A stretch of DNA of 64,000 nucleotides from Vicugna vicugna (lineage: Eukaryota). A program made the position numbers and the translations under genes. The notes below the pieces were generated by a model, which did not search any database, was not told where the DNA came from, and saw only the letters and a list, made by a program, of their open reading frames with translations. Below, piece by piece: positions 23,041 to 37,110 of the stretch. The stretch lies in assembly GCA_013265495.1 (NCBI GenBank), contig MU058584.1:5400508-5464507 (forward strand), in the 5' to 3' direction. The stretch's first letter is position 1; every line of letters begins with the position of its first letter.

Positions 23041-23802
23041 AACAGATGGGTAAGGCCTCACACAATGAAATGGGGAATGTGGGCAAAAAAGGAGACAGCG
23101 AAGTTCAACAGGGTCATCTTGGGTATTCACGAGAAAGAAATCAAAGCAGCCTCACTGAGTGAGTTCTCTAACAATAAACAGTGACTCAGGAAAGGGATTG
23201 CATAGTGTGTCCTGATGGTCCCCTAAAGACTTGGACCCAAGAAGCAATGCTGTCCAGGAGGCCATCACTGGAGACTGACCCCATAAAAGGATACTGGAAA
23301 TTAAACTCAAGGAATTAACAAAGAAAGAGAGAAAAGAGAGAAAAGGTAGGAAGGCAGGAAGAAAAGAAAGAAAAGAAAGAAAGACAGGCAGACATATTTA
23401 CTGCTTGGGAAGTTCTTGATGCTTTACTTCACACACATTTCAGTTAGACAAGCTCCAAAAGGAAATTAATCATATAAGAAAAGAACAACTAAAGTTATTT
23501 AGAAGATAGGACTTCACTTTTACAAAGACATATTGGAAAAGTTTAAAAGTCTCTTAAATCAGATCAAAGCAGACAGCACACATAATCAGAATTTATAACC
23601 AGAAAATGAGGGGAACAGTTGGGATGGACTTTTCCACTAACTCCAGAAAGCATTTGAGAGGGCAAATGTTGAGATAATTCAAGATTTAAGAGAAAAAAGA
23701 CTTCCTTATACTCAAAGATTTAAAGGGAAGAAATGGCTAGAGTCTTATGTTGATAAAATCTTTTGAAGGGCAAGTTGGAGATGTTAAAGGAATTTTTTAA
23801 TC

Positions 23803-23925
23803 ATTTTTTTTTCTGGGTTGGGGGAGGTAATTTGGTTTATTTATTTTTAATGGCAGTGCCGGGGATTGAACTCAGGACCTTGTGCATGTTAAACAAGTGC
23901 TCTACCACTGAGTTAACCCTACCGC
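23803..23925 (-). mobile_element. Vic-1-like SINE
   Basis: ggggattgaactcaggaccttgtgcatgttaaacaagtgctctaccactgagtta with ggggaggtaatttggtttattt tail; flanking tttttaatc repeat. Confidence 0.85.
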
Positions 23926-24346
23926 CACCCACCCCACCCCCAGAATGTTTTTAATCTTTGATAACAATGTTATAAAAGACAAGTGCCATATTTTTCTATA
24001 AACATTACTTGTTGTTACTACCAAAAAAGTTACTCTGGGCCAAATATATTTAAGTGAAATTTCTAGCTTCCTGTTATGAATTTACAGGGCTGTTGCACAG
24101 TCCCTGGGAAAGGTGAACTGAGACAGTGGCCCTGAGCCAAGGTGGCCAGTGCTCCCAGTGGGTAGGCAGCTGCCTGGGAGACAGCTGCAGAGGAGAAAGA
24201 GATGAGCCCCCCGCCAATGGTATGAAGACAGGGAGGCTGCCATCCCGACCTGTGCTCCAGCCACCACCGTCATTGCCTAAAGCAGTCTCTGAACCTTACA
24301 CACCTTCCCTGAACACTAACTGGCCCCAGCTCAAAACCTCCGCTGG

Positions 24347-24404
24347 CTCCTTGTTTCCTACTGCATTTCATCAAACTCCTTGTTTCCCACTGCATTTCAT
24401 CAAA
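24347..24404. repeat. 29-bp tandem duplication (2 copies, 1 mismatch)
   Basis: ctccttgtttcc(t/c)actgcatttcatcaaa x2. Confidence 0.95.
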
Positions 24405-25379
24405 CTCTCCTGACTTGGCTTTCCTAAAGCCCAACATGACAGACCCCCCACAACCAACGCGCTTTGGGCCCCAGGCACTCTTCCCTTCCTGAAGTCCAGG
24501 GGCAGAGGAAGGACTTCACCACTTGAAATGGCCTTTCTTTTACACTTTCAGGGCAAGGGATTTTACACTTCAGGGCAAAGGACACCCCTTTTACTTCTTT
24601 TCTATACACCAGAGGTTTTCATATACAGCAGTCCATAAATACTTGATAATTAAATGTCTGTATTATGCATTCTTTATTTCTCTTCTTTTTCACATCCTTA
24701 TCACTCACTCTTTTTCCAAAATGGCTATAGATTACAAAGAAGCTTCTTGCACAATCTCCATCACTGGCTTCTGCCAATCATGCCGGTATAACAACACTGA
24801 CACCCATGAACAGAACAGAAAGGACTGGGTCCCTAGGCCAGCAAAGGCCATGGCTGGTATACAATGAACAATTTAGAGTAGTAAAGACTGGAGAGGATTT
24901 CAGCGGGGAAAGAAATAAGTGGCTATATTCCTGTTTCAAAAAAGAGAGTAAATAGGCTTCCAGAAAGAAAGAATTACAGAGATATGCTTCAGACAAATGC
25001 TTTTTCTACCATAAATTAATTTATTTCCAAACAAGAATAACAGTGGCCCCAAAATACTCCAAAAGTTCTTTAAGTTTCTGTAATAGTATAAAAGAATGAC
25101 TTATTTAAAGTCTTAGCAATTAAATGATTTCCTTTAGAGTAGCTTCGTTCTTAATTTCTAGCCTTATTTTGAATTGTATAACTCTGCCTCAGTCCCATCA
25201 AAAATCTAGGTAATTTACTTGAGTTAATGTTTCATATTCTCTTCAGATGCTTAGAAAAGAAAGGTAATGTCAAAGGCTAAAACAGAACCTGACCAACTGA
25301 AATACAGGTGAGTCTACTACTGGCATATTCCTATGGTGCTATTTTCAGCACTGATGTTGACAGATTCAAGAAGTGTTTT

Positions 25380-25383
<4 letters not shown>

Positions 25384-25423
<40 letters not shown>
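25384..25423. repeat. (GA)n microsatellite
   Basis: Direct reading. Confidence 0.95.
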
Positions 25424-25424
<1 letters not shown>

Positions 25425-25649
25425 CTCTCTTTCTATGGATTCTGTCTCTGGGAACTTTACGGCAGAGAAAGATGACAGTTTCAAGATAACAACAGTAATG
25501 ACAGCAATAACAACAACATTGAAAATAATGTGGCAGGGGCTGCCAGTGCCCACCTGATACTCATTCTCCCTTTCTCCTTCATAAAGAGGATTTTGATTTT
25601 GTTGGAGCATAAAGCACACAGCCTCCGTCACAGGTGGGGGAGGGGAGTA

Positions 25650-26000
25650 AGGTGACTAATTTCTGACTAATGTCATCTAAGCACAAGTTGCTGGGTTGGG
25701 CTTAACAGGAAAATGCCTTACAAGCTGGCACACTCAGTTGGTAATATCTTGTTGCCCTTTGCCCTTCAGTCCTTTCTGCCTGGAAGGAGCACATGATGCT
25801 AGAGACAGAGCGGCCACTTTGGAACTAAGAGGCAATCACAAGGGAAAGGCCAAGATGACTGCAGAGATCTTGGGCCTGAATTCTTCAACTGCTAAACTGA
25901 AGCCTGTCAAGGCCTACTTCCTTACATCATGCTTCACAATAAGATAACCTCTCATTGGGCTATTTTTGGCACCTCTGTTCCTAGCAGCCAAATTCTTAAC
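25650..26000 (+). mobile_element. Old ERVL/MaLR LTR relic (MLT1I/J or LTR16-like)
   Basis: ttctgcctggaa...atgatgctagagacagagcggccactttg...gaggcaatcacaagggaaaggccaag...tctgttcctagcagccaaa. Confidence 0.5.
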
Positions 26001-27525
26001 AAGTATAAATAACGGGAATAACCACAACAGTAGTGGTGGCAACAGCCCTGTTCCAGACGCTTTGCATTCTCCACCTCCTTTAATACTCACTGGTCTGTGA
26101 TTATCGTCTTGGCATGACAGCTCAGGAAACTGAGGTCTGGGCCCCATGGCCAGCTAAGAAGCAGAGTTAGGATCTGGGCACTGGATATCGAGTTCGCAGT
26201 GTTTGTGTTGTGCTTCGTACCACCTGCTAAGGGAAGCAAAACAGCAGCAGCTCAGCTGCGGTTCTAGGGGCAGGTGTGCTGCTCTCCACTGCTGGTCTCC
26301 TTTATGCTAAATACACACATCTCTAGTCTGGGCGTCTCCAATAAAGGTTCCTAAGACATACAGCTTTACTGCTTAAAAAGAGTGAAGTTGGATCAAACCC
26401 ATTTTCCAGAAAGAGAGTCTTCCCCACGTGAGGGTTCAGAACCACCTGCTCTCCTGTCAACTTCCTTACACTTCACCAGCCTGAGCATTTCAGCCAGTCC
26501 TCACCCTCACCCTGCAAGAGTCTGGGATGAGATCTTCACTGACTTACTTCATCCTCTTCCTTTTAGATGAAACCATACCAGTGGAGCAATTTGGCGCCAC
26601 CTTCAGTGGTTTTCTTTAGCGCAAGCATCGTGCCCACCGCCTGGGACCTATGACCCCTGCAACTCAAGTGGAAATGATCTACCTTCAGCAGGATACGTTT
26701 GGGACAACTTGAGGAGGGGGACCACTCTCAAACTGCCTATGGTATTTCCTAAGTGGATTTTTCAGAGGCCCTTTCCAAGCACTTTTTGATCATGACTGCT
26801 CTTTGAATCAATACTAACAATAGTAAATTTGAGGGAAATTTTAGGATACTGGCTATTATTAATTAACTAGTTTGGAAAGTCAGAATCGCAGAAATGAAGA
26901 AATGCAAGAGACTTGAAAAAACTGTGTGTGGTCCCTCAATTATATTGCTTTCTCTTTTTAAAGCACTTTCCATTTCCTAAAGATGAATAACAGCAGAAAA
27001 CACGGATGCTAACATTTCTAGTTCACAGAGATCTATTTTGAACATGTAAAACTAGAGATGCATATGACAAAGTTCAATTAGAATCCAGTTTTAGAACTAT
27101 TGTACTTTTGATCTTCCTCCAATCCATTCTCTATCCTGCCACTCGAGGATTCTTACATCGCTCCTTATTTAAAAAACAAAACACAGCCCATCACAATCTG
27201 GATCTAGTCGACTGCTCCAAATTCTACCATAACTACTTCTACAAGTTCTACCATAACCACCTGTTCCCTTAGATTTTAAACTCTAGCCACTCTCATTTCA
27301 AATAACTACCTGAATACTCCGTCTTCTGTCATATTTCTGGGTCTCTAGCCATGCAATTCCTTCTGCCCAAATGCTCTCCCTGGGCCCTCTTCCTCCCATA
27401 CAACTTTTACACTTTTTGACCTTAGAATCTCTAAGCCATCAACCAACCAGTAAACAGAAAATAAACAAAGAGAAACTCTTCTGGAACTTAAAAAAACTGA
27501 AAAAGGCCAGACTCATCATCTCCAT

Positions 27526-27751
27526 CAGGGGTCACCAAACTTTTTCCCATTAAGGGACAGAGTAGTAAATATTTTAAGTTTTGTGTGCCATACAATCTCT
27601 GTCCCAACTACTCAATCCTGGTGACGTAGTTAGAGAGCAGTCATAGACATTATGTAAATAAACAAGGTGTGGCTGTGTTCTAATAAAACTTTATTTAAAA
27701 AACCAGGCAGTGGGCCAGATTTGGCTAGTGGGCCATGGTTTGTTGACCCTC
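27526..27751. mobile_element. MER58A-like hAT-Charlie element
   Basis: TIRs caggggtcaccaaac ... gtttgttgaccctc; internal gtaaatattttaag and ggctgtgttctaataaaactttattta. Confidence 0.85.
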
Positions 27752-28679
27752 ATCTAAATCATTCGATGTTTCACACATATATCTTCAGCTGGCAACACAT
27801 AACATTTTTCATGAGTATACTCACAAATAGCAAAATCACACCGATCATACACAAAAGACATTTTGTCACAAGCTGTATCTGTCATGTGGGATGCCTGCAT
27901 ATTTCTTATCAAAAATCTTTAAATTAAAGATAATTTTAAGACCCGTGAAAGCTAATTTTTTAGAGTAAGGATTACTGATTATACTTGAGTAAGTGATATA
28001 ATGTACATTTATATCAAGTAACAGTTCTTGCTACTTAACAAATGCTAAAGATTATATTAATTGAATCCAAATAGAATACAAATTCACCCTGTTACTGGTG
28101 AATTGTGCACAGTTCTTTATTTTGTTTTGTTTTGTCTTTTCATGTGGCTTCTTCTCTTATTCCCTCCCTCCATTCCTCCTTTCTTTTCTTCCTTTTCTTC
28201 TTTCAAGAAAATGGCCTGACTCAAAGAAGGAGCCACAAAAACCACTCTAATTTTGGTCACTGCACAAAGCCATGTCAATTGTAGCTTAGAGAGAGCAAGT
28301 CTGGTACTAGTGAAACTGATGTCTTACTATGATCCTTAATTGATACACAAGGATTTGTAGGTTCTCATCACAGCAGTGATCTAGGGAAAATGTCTGATTT
28401 GTCTCTAGGGGACCTTGTTTCCAACAAAGATTAAATAAGCTGCATTTGTGTAAGTTCTTTTCACGGATATTACTTAAACATTATTACCCCCAAAACACTC
28501 CTTGTTTTCGAAGAAAGGGGAAAAGTGTTTCAAAACTATTCCTCCATTTAGTTCTATACTGATAAATGACTTAGTATGTAATATTCAGCTAATGTCATTT
28601 TATACCATTTCTCTTCTTCAGCAAACATGGGGTGGCAGCTAGTCTCTAAGGAATAGCCTTTTAAAGTCACATCATTCAG

Positions 28680-29163
28680 TGTTCGTGGTTTTGGGTGTTC
28701 CCCGCTATACTGAATATGGGCTGGCCTGGGATTCACTTTAACCAAGACAATGCGGTGAAAGGGATATTATGCCAGTACTTAACCTAAGCCTTAAGAAGTC
28801 CTGGCAGCTTCTGCTTTTGGGAGTCCTAAGTGGCCACATTATGATCTCTCTGCTGTAATGGTGACCATTTGAGGAAGAAGCAGTTTGGGACCGACATAGA
28901 GAAAAGTGATGCTCAGCTGTCTGAGTTAAGCCGTCTTGTAGTTCTCCTTGACCAAAACGTCAGACATGTGAACGAGTGATCTTGAACATTCTAGCCCAGC
29001 TGAAGACCTAGGTGACTGCAGCCCAAGCGAGCATCGACTGGAACAAATAAGCCATCCAACTGAACCCAGTAAACCACAGAATTGTGAGAGAGAAAGTAAC
29101 TTTTTTTTTTAAAGTCATTAACTTTTGGGGTAGTTTATGACACAGCAATAGATAATCAAAATA
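28680..29163 (+). mobile_element. MLT1 (G/H-like) MaLR LTR
   Basis: ctaagccttaagaagtcctggcagcttctgctttt...cacagaattgtgaga...ttttggggtagtttatgacacagcaatagataa. Confidence 0.75.
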
Positions 29164-29439
29164 CTTTGAAATGATTAAAAAGAATATATTAATTTCTTTC
29201 TTTTCTGGGAGTCATTGCAGTGAATATTCTAAGGATACAGAGTTCTACCTAGAGTTAGTAAAGAAAGAAAGAAAACATATATATACATATATTTTTTTTT
29301 TCTGAAAAAAGTTTACTAATCTGGTCTTGACTTGGCCAGGAGGAACGCAAAGTGAAAAACTAGATCTGCAGAGTAGGGTAATTTGGGGATTACTGATAAA
29401 AAGTGATCAATCAACACACTTGTTTTCTACAGAGAAGCA

Positions 29440-29690
29440 AACAGGTGCTATGGAAAAATCATCAGTGTTGGCGTCAGATGTAGCTCTGGGTTTCAATCCC
29501 AGCATTTTTCTTTACTTGCTGTGAGATCCTGAGCAAATCATTTACTATCTCCTCCAAATCCTGGTTTCTTTGGCTCACCAATGAGAATACTGGCAGTTCC
29601 TACGTTTTAGGACTGTTGTAAGGATTCCATCAGATAAATGTGTGTAAAATGCCCAGCACAGAATTGGTACATAATAGGTGCTCAGCAAAT
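29440..29690 (+). mobile_element. MIR SINE
   Basis: ctgggtttcaatcccagc...ttacttgctgtgagatcctgagcaaatcattta...ggtacataataggtgctcagcaaat. Confidence 0.75.
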
Positions 29691-29893
29691 CTTACTTTGT
29701 TGCCCTTCAGAGGTGTCATGATGAGAACTTGGCTGAGTGGAAGGCATACGTCTTGGGGCCTTCCTCCCACCACGGTTCCTCTCGCAGCCACAAGACAATG
29801 AGCGGTTCCCCAGAACCTTCCAAGGAGGTCAACGGGATGTGAACTGAATGCTGCCTCTGACCAGCAGGTATTATGATATCCATCTTGGGCTAC

Positions 29894-30271
29894 TGTTATG
29901 GGCTGAACTGTGTTCCCCCCACATTCCCATGTACCCCAATTACCTCTGAAGGTGACTGTGTGTGGAGAAGGATCTTTAAACTGGTGATTAAATTAAACTA
30001 AGATTGTTAGGGCGGCTCCTAATCCAACATGACTGGTGTCCTGATAAGAGGAGGAGACTGGGACACAAGTACCCACAGAGGGAAGACCATGTGAAGACAC
30101 AGGGAGAAGATGACCATCTACAAACCAGGGAGTGAGGGCCTCGAAGACACCCAGCCTGCTGATGCCTTGACCTCAGACTTCGGCCTCCAGAACTGTGAGG
30201 AAATAGACTTCTGTTGTTTAAGACACCCAGTCTGTGGCACTTCGTTATGGCAGACAGAGTAAACTAACCTA
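29894..30271 (+). mobile_element. MLT1B-like MaLR solo LTR with 5-bp TSD
   Basis: tgttatgggctgaactgtgt...cctaatccaacatgactggtgtcct...cctccagaactgtgag...ttgtttaag...ttatggcag; TSD GCTAC at 29889-29893 and 30272-30276. Confidence 0.9.
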
Positions 30272-33200
30272 GCTACTCTGAAAAAGACTAAGGTAACTGA
30301 GGCAAGCTAATAAATTGAAGATTACAAAGGGAGAGGAAAAGAAACATTGCACTGATCACTTAGCAGAAGAAGGAGAGAGGGGAAGAAAGGATAGAATGGA
30401 GGCAGGCCTCACCACTTGGGCAGCGCGGGTTGTGATGGTCACCCGGGGTCTGCCTAAGTCCAAACCTGGGCCTGGTAGGTAAAAAGTTCACCTACGGACA
30501 CAGAACATCAGAAAGAAAATAGCACTTCTACACCAACTGCAGAAAGAGATAAAACTCTATTACTTGGGACCCTCTTTCTTTTGAAAAGTTTCAGAGCATC
30601 TTACAGTACAAGTGAAAAGGGGAAATGCTTTGCTATTCTGAGCCTGTTTCACTCTTGTAAATGACATCTGTGATGTCAACATTCAATGAGAGCTATTCAG
30701 AACTTGGCACTTTGAATTCACGTGAGAATGCCAATTCCACTGAGCAAAGAAGATATCAGAGTTACATTTAACATAAAGTGCAAATATTGCATTGGAGTGG
30801 GTTTGGGATAAAAATGTCAATTATGTGTAAAATTAAATACCACCTTCTTGAATCATTTGCCTTGGCATCATGGAAAATTTTCCAGCCGTCTCCAACAAGA
30901 GTGTCAGATCTGGTAACAGTAATTCATAAATGGCCGATTCCACAGTGAGTCATAGTGACTAAAATACTCTGAATAAATGCTTCGCTTACTTATATTGTTG
31001 GGTTGGAACCACGATTTACTGAATTAATCTATGTCGGTAACATTTTTTAAAGAGTTACAGCGACTGCTTTGCATCCTCTCAGTGCTCCCTATGTTGCTGA
31101 CACATACAAGAAACCAAGCAGACAGAATTCATGAGATGCTGACTGGGTACCCCAAGTCTTAAAAGTTAACAAAGAGAAGGTTAATTAAATAGGCAGCCAT
31201 AGTGATTACATTAAACATAGAATTTAATCCCATGAACAAATGATCTGGGCATCAAGGCAAGAGCTCACTGAAACACCGACCCTGGAAATTCTAATATAAT
31301 CTCTTTTAGTGAACAAGGACATTATGTTGAAACTTTACGTTATAGAAGATAATGAGAATGAAACCTTTTAATTAATAAAACCAAGCCCTAAAAATCTAAG
31401 ATTCTAATGTAGTCTCTTTTACTTCTAAAACTGAAGTCCTTCAGATCATATAGGAACTTAATATCTGGTTTAAAATTTAGTGCTAAATATGAACCAAAGG
31501 TTTAAGGACTCTGAAGCTGACATTGAATATGTGCTCCTTCAAATCAGTCCTGATGGTGGTTAGATTTATAAAATATTGGGAGAAGGGCTGCTAATCCATG
31601 TTGTTTTATAATTTCAGATAATGTTTTGCTTATTTGTCGGCTTAATTAGCAGTGGGGGGAATTTTTTGAGCCCTTCGGTGACAAGGCAACAAGACTACTT
31701 TGCTTCTAATTTGAAAATTAATACTCAAAATAATAAATCTAAAATATCAATCTCTACTTGCGCAGGTTATTTCCCATTGTTTTTGTCTAGATTTATCGAT
31801 TTAAATGTAAAGTAACATTTTTAAGTTGGGGAAACGTGAATCTAATCTCTGAAAATGTTTGGGAAAAAACATCCCACAGTCCAGCATGACAGCTGTTGCA
31901 TGGCTGAAATAGCATGTACTTGAATGAGAAAAACTAACATGTATTCATCTCAGTGGAATGAAATTAGTCATAAAATCTCTGGCTATAAAATGCTTATCAT
32001 TTGATTAGCTATCATTTCCAAAAAAAAACTAGTGAAAATCCCTATATATAGCACTTTGAATAGAAAAAAAAAATTCTTTGTTTCATTTATTACCCTTAGC
32101 TTATCAATCCATTATTTATAACTTTCTTTTAAAAACGATATCCTTTGTGTGGATAACATTGGGAAGGCATGGGCTAAAAATAAAAATTTCTTAAGCTTAG
32201 GTTTAATTTGTAATTTCAGGCCAACAGTATTTTCAATGCTGCTATCAACGCCCAGTGATGTTTTGAGGTACACCATTAAGTAATGAAGCTAACTTCCATA
32301 ATCCACTACCTGGTTCTCATTATTGCGCCATTAAGTTACCAGGGTTTTAGTATTGGGACATTATAGGAACTTACCATTCAGATGTGATATGTAGAGAAGT
32401 TTGACTCATAAAGAAAATCTTGGTTCCATTTAATTTTTAATCAGTAGATCATGCTTCCTTAGTCCAGCAACCAACTCACAGAATTCATGATAGTGCTTCT
32501 GAGATTAAGCCACAACACAGATGGAGGGTTATTGGAATAAAGGTAGTTCTGCTGAAAGTGGTCTGCTTACAGAGGGCCTGACTTACTACCAGGAGAACGC
32601 CACATAAAGCCACTCTGCGGAAGCTTTCACTTTTCCTGCTAAAAGCATTTTCATGATTTGCACTGTACTTCCTACAGTTGACAGCAACCAGCCAGCACTT
32701 TCTTTGATAAATGAGATATTGAATGAGGAATGCTCTTTCCAGAAAGGTTCCGAATATTTCACAATCTTTTGCTATCAGAGAGGCCAGTTTTGTACTTGTC
32801 ATGTCACTGAAGAGAGGAAACTGTCCACCTAAAAATAAAAAGGCTTTCAGGCAGATTTTATAAACCTGCATTGAGGTGTTCTTTATGAAAGAAACTACTC
32901 TGTTTGTGAGGTTCTGAGCCCCTAATCCCCAACTTAAAGACTGTTTATCTTCTGGCACTTACTTTCTTACGTAAATGTGTCTCCCATACCCGTATCCTAC
33001 TACACGGACACTATCACTCCAGCCAAAGTGTCTGTTGACGTTTCTTTGAACTTGTACATTTCTTCCTTCTACATCTTTATTCAAAATCTCCCTCTTTGTA
33101 GAATGCTCACCTCTTCCTAAGTTCTTTTAATGTCTAGCCAAGTCTCAGCTCCATGTAAGACTTTTCCTAAATGTCGTGGCCCTTCCACTACTTCTCTCCC

Positions 33201-33440
33201 CGATCTTCATTTGTATTCATATGGGAATACACATTATGGGGATATATTTTAAGAATTAAGAACAAGACAGAACTGGCATAAAATACAGCTTCATGCACAC
33301 GAGACTATCTGTTAAATATTTGGATACCTCAAATATAGGGAGCTCAATATACATTTGTTGGTAATAATGACAGAAGGAATTTCAGAATGTGAATACTCAA
33401 GCTTGCATCTACCAAGGAGGCTTAAACAGAGCATAATGTT

Positions 33441-35312
33441 AATCTAAGCTTCCACCTTAGAAAACTAGAAAAAAAAGAGCAAATTAAATTCAAATCAAGC
33501 TGAATAAAAGAAATAATAAAAACTAGAGCAGGAATCAATAAAATTTAAAACAGGAAATCAACAGATAAAATCAACAAAACCAAAAGCTGGTCCCTAGAAA
33601 AGATCGATAAAATTAATAAGCCTCTAACCAGGCTAAATAAGAAAAAAAAAAAAAGAAAATAAAAGTTACTAATATCAGAAATGGAAGAGGGGGCATCACT
33701 ACAGATACCTTGGAAATTAAAAAGATAATAAAGGAATATTGTGAAATATTCTGTGCCCACAAATCTGATAACCTAGATGAAATGGACCAATTATTTGAAA
33801 GACACAAAAGAAATAGACAAATAGATAAATGGAAAAAAAAATGTGCCCAGAAATAGGCCTATGCAAATACAGTCAACAGTTTTTTGACAAAGGAACAAAG
33901 TCAATACAATGAAGCAAAGTAGTCTTTTTAACAAATGGTGCTGAACTACTGGATGTCCACATGCAAAAAAAATCAGGCACAGACCTGATTCTTCACAAAA
34001 ATTAACTCAAAATGGATCATAGACCTAAATATAAAAACAAACAAACAAAACCCCCCCATAAATCTCCTAGAAGATAACATAAGAGAAAACCCAGATCATC
34101 ATGGGAATGGAGATGCTTTTTAGAAACAACACCAAAGGCACAATCCATGAAAGGAATAATTGATAAGCTGGAATTCATTGATGTCAAAACATTCTGCTCT
34201 GAGATGAAACTGTCAAGAGAATGAGAAGACAAGCCACATACTGGGATAAAATGTTTGTAAAAAGACACATCTGACAAAGGACTGTTATCCAAAATATACA
34301 AAGAACTTTTAAAACTCAACAATAAGAAAACAAACAACCCAATTAAAAAATGGGCTGAAGAACTTAATAGATACTTCACCAAAGAGGATATACAGACGGC
34401 AAATAAGCATATGAAGGGATATTCCAAGTTATATGTCATCAGGGAAATGCAAATTAAAACAAAAATGAGACACCACCAAACTCAATTATGAGGATCAAAA
34501 TACAGAAATACTGACAACACTAAACACTGCCAAGGTTACAGAGCAAGAGGAACGCTCATTATTGCTGGTGGGAATGAAAAATGGTCCAGCCACTTGAGAC
34601 AGTTTGGCAGTGTCTTACAAAACTAAACATACTCTTACCACATGATCCAGGAATCACACTCTTTGGTAGTTACCCAGAACAGTTGAAAACTTATGTCGAC
34701 ACAAAAGCCTGCACACAGATGTTTGTAGCAGTTTTATTCATAATTGCCAGAACTTGGAAGAGAACAAGCTGTCCTTCAGAGGTGAAGGGATAAATAAACT
34801 GGTACATCCGGATGACGGAATATTACTCAATACTAAAAAGAAATGATCTGTCAAGCCAGGAAAAGATACGAGGAACCTTAAATGCTTATTACTAAGTAAA
34901 AGAAGCCAATCTGAAAAGACTACATACTGTATGATTCCAAAATATATGACATTCTGGAAAAGGCAAAACTATGGATAGTACAAAGACTGGTGGTTGCCAG
35001 GGGCTGGGGAGAAGGAAGGATGTATAGACATAGCACAGAGGATTTTTAAGGCAGTGAAACTACTTTGTATGACCCCGTAGCGGTGGCCATGTGCCGTTAT
35101 ACCTTTGTCCAACTGCACACAACGTACACCACTGAAGGTGTAGACTTTTGTGAACTGCAATATAAACTACAGATTTGGGGTGATAATGTGTCAGTGGGGG
35201 AGAGGGTATTCAGGAAATCTCTGTACCTTCCCCCTAACTGTGCTGCGAACCTAAAACTGCTCTTAAAAAAAAGTCTAATAAACAACAGCGCCATCAACAA
35301 AAACAACAAAAA
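33441..35312 (+). mobile_element. Old LINE-1 (L1MC1/2-like), internally deleted, with TSD
   Basis: ORF2 remnants (e.g. 34581-34793 VQPLETVWQCLTKLNILLPHDP...CTQMFVAVLFIIARTWK); L1MC-type 3'UTR; flanking agcataatgtt at 33430-33440 and 35313-35323. Confidence 0.9.
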
Positions 35313-35498
35313 AGCATAATGTTCATAATTCTAGATTAACTCATTAATTTAATGTCATTTGATCTATTAAGTCATATATAATACCTTTTTGCCAATTGCC
35401 ATGTTGTGTATAATTGTTTCATCTTCTTAGAATATTAGCTCCATGAGGTCAGGATCTGTACCTTATGTGGCCATTCCCTAGTGATAGAGCTAAAGAGG

Positions 35499-35546
35499 TG
35501 TGTCTGTGTGTGTGTGTGTATGTGTGTATAAAATATATATATGTAT

Positions 35547-35588
<42 letters not shown>
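35499..35588. repeat. Compound (TG)n/(TA)n microsatellite
   Basis: Direct reading. Confidence 0.95.
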
Positions 35589-35590
<2 letters not shown>

Positions 35591-36819
35591 CAAAGAATTT
35601 ACTTTTAAAGTCCTTAAATAAAATGTGATGCAAAGAAATAATACAATGAGAAAGTTTTCTGGACCTTAAATGTAGTTATGTATGTATCCAAGAAATGTTT
35701 CTTAAATAAATACATGAGTGAATAAAAGATGTTTTCAATTTGATTGACTCTAAACATTTAAATTTGTTTCTCATACTGATTCTGAAGATAAGCATCCTTC
35801 TTTCTAAATGCAACTGATTAGAAAACATAAAATAGAGAATGAAATAAAAATAGTTTAAGGGAAATTTATGTCACAAATTAAATGCAGGAGAAAGGGCACA
35901 TTATATTACCCTTTGCTTGACCGTCAAAAGATAGGTCCGATGCCTAAGCTGACTACTCTTCTAGGCATGTTCAGTTAGTTAGTTGCAAAAGTGCTCATCT
36001 ATTCTTGTAAGTCAGTTCTGATTAGATCTTCTCTTCCTTAAGCAAAAACAGCACAATCTACGAATCTCTAGGTGAAGAGGAGCATTTCGAAAACAGGAGT
36101 CCCTGGGTCAGAAAGACCAGGGGACTCTGTAACTGACCTACTATTTAGTGGTTTTGTTATCATCCTAAAACAGTGATGGAAAGAAAAACACAGGTGTTTT
36201 TGTTATTAGGGTTTCCGGGTGCCAAAGGCTTATCGGAATAGAGGGGAATGAGTAGGGAAAATAAAAGAGGATAAAAATGAAGATAACAGTGGTGAAAACA
36301 GGAGAGTGTGGCGCTATTATTTATAAAATAATAATTTCAAAACGATTGTATCACTGACAGTTTATTATAGGAAAGAAGATTTAGTTTGTGTCTAGACACC
36401 TAACAAGATCAGCCAGCTGTTTACACTTGAATGCTGCAAGGCATATCCCATCACAAAACAGTGAACTGAATTGAGTCCTATTGTTCTAGTTCAGTTATTG
36501 TGTTAACTGAATCAGACAATACATAGAAATTTGCTGCATCATTTACTACCATCTTGACAGGGAGAAAGGGAGAAAAGGAGATCTTACAAATAATGGGTTC
36601 ACAGCATAGATGAAAATTTACATTTAACCTCATCCTTAGTGCATCCCCTTAGAAGCAAATCAACCTCTTAAGGTTAATAAAAGCTTACAGTAAATTACGC
36701 ATTGAGATTAAGTGACTGATATCTGTACTCTGGCTATTAATACACCAAACAGCAGCAAAACCTACAGTAACTATCATTTATTGAGCATTGGCTGTACACC
36801 ACACCCCAGGCTACATCCT

Positions 36820-37110
36820 TGTGGCAGATACTTAGATTGGGTCTCTCAACTTCCATTTTATCCTCCTACTGTTTGGTAGCCGGAGAGCTAAAAACTACAT
36901 TTCCCAAGCTCCCCTACAGCTAAGACTCTTGTTAAAATTAGGCTCTATCAATTAGATGCATTCACGTAACATTTGGAAGACAGAAGAATTACAAAGGCCA
37001 TCTTTCTACTGCTATAGAATGCTGGCAAGCAAGTCAGAGGAGTGTTTGCAACGGCTCGACTCAGCCTTCCAGGGTCTCGTCCTCAGGTTTACGGCTGCGA
37101 GACTACAGTG
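36820..37110 (+). mobile_element. LTR33-like ERVL LTR, partial
   Basis: gctaaaaactacatttcccaagctcccctacagcta...caattagatgcattcacgtaacatttggaag. Confidence 0.75.

Noticed and set aside
32485..32958. 157-aa - strand ORF in the NME7 intron
   Set aside because: Non-ATG start, no recognisable homology, and NME7 is already continuous without it.
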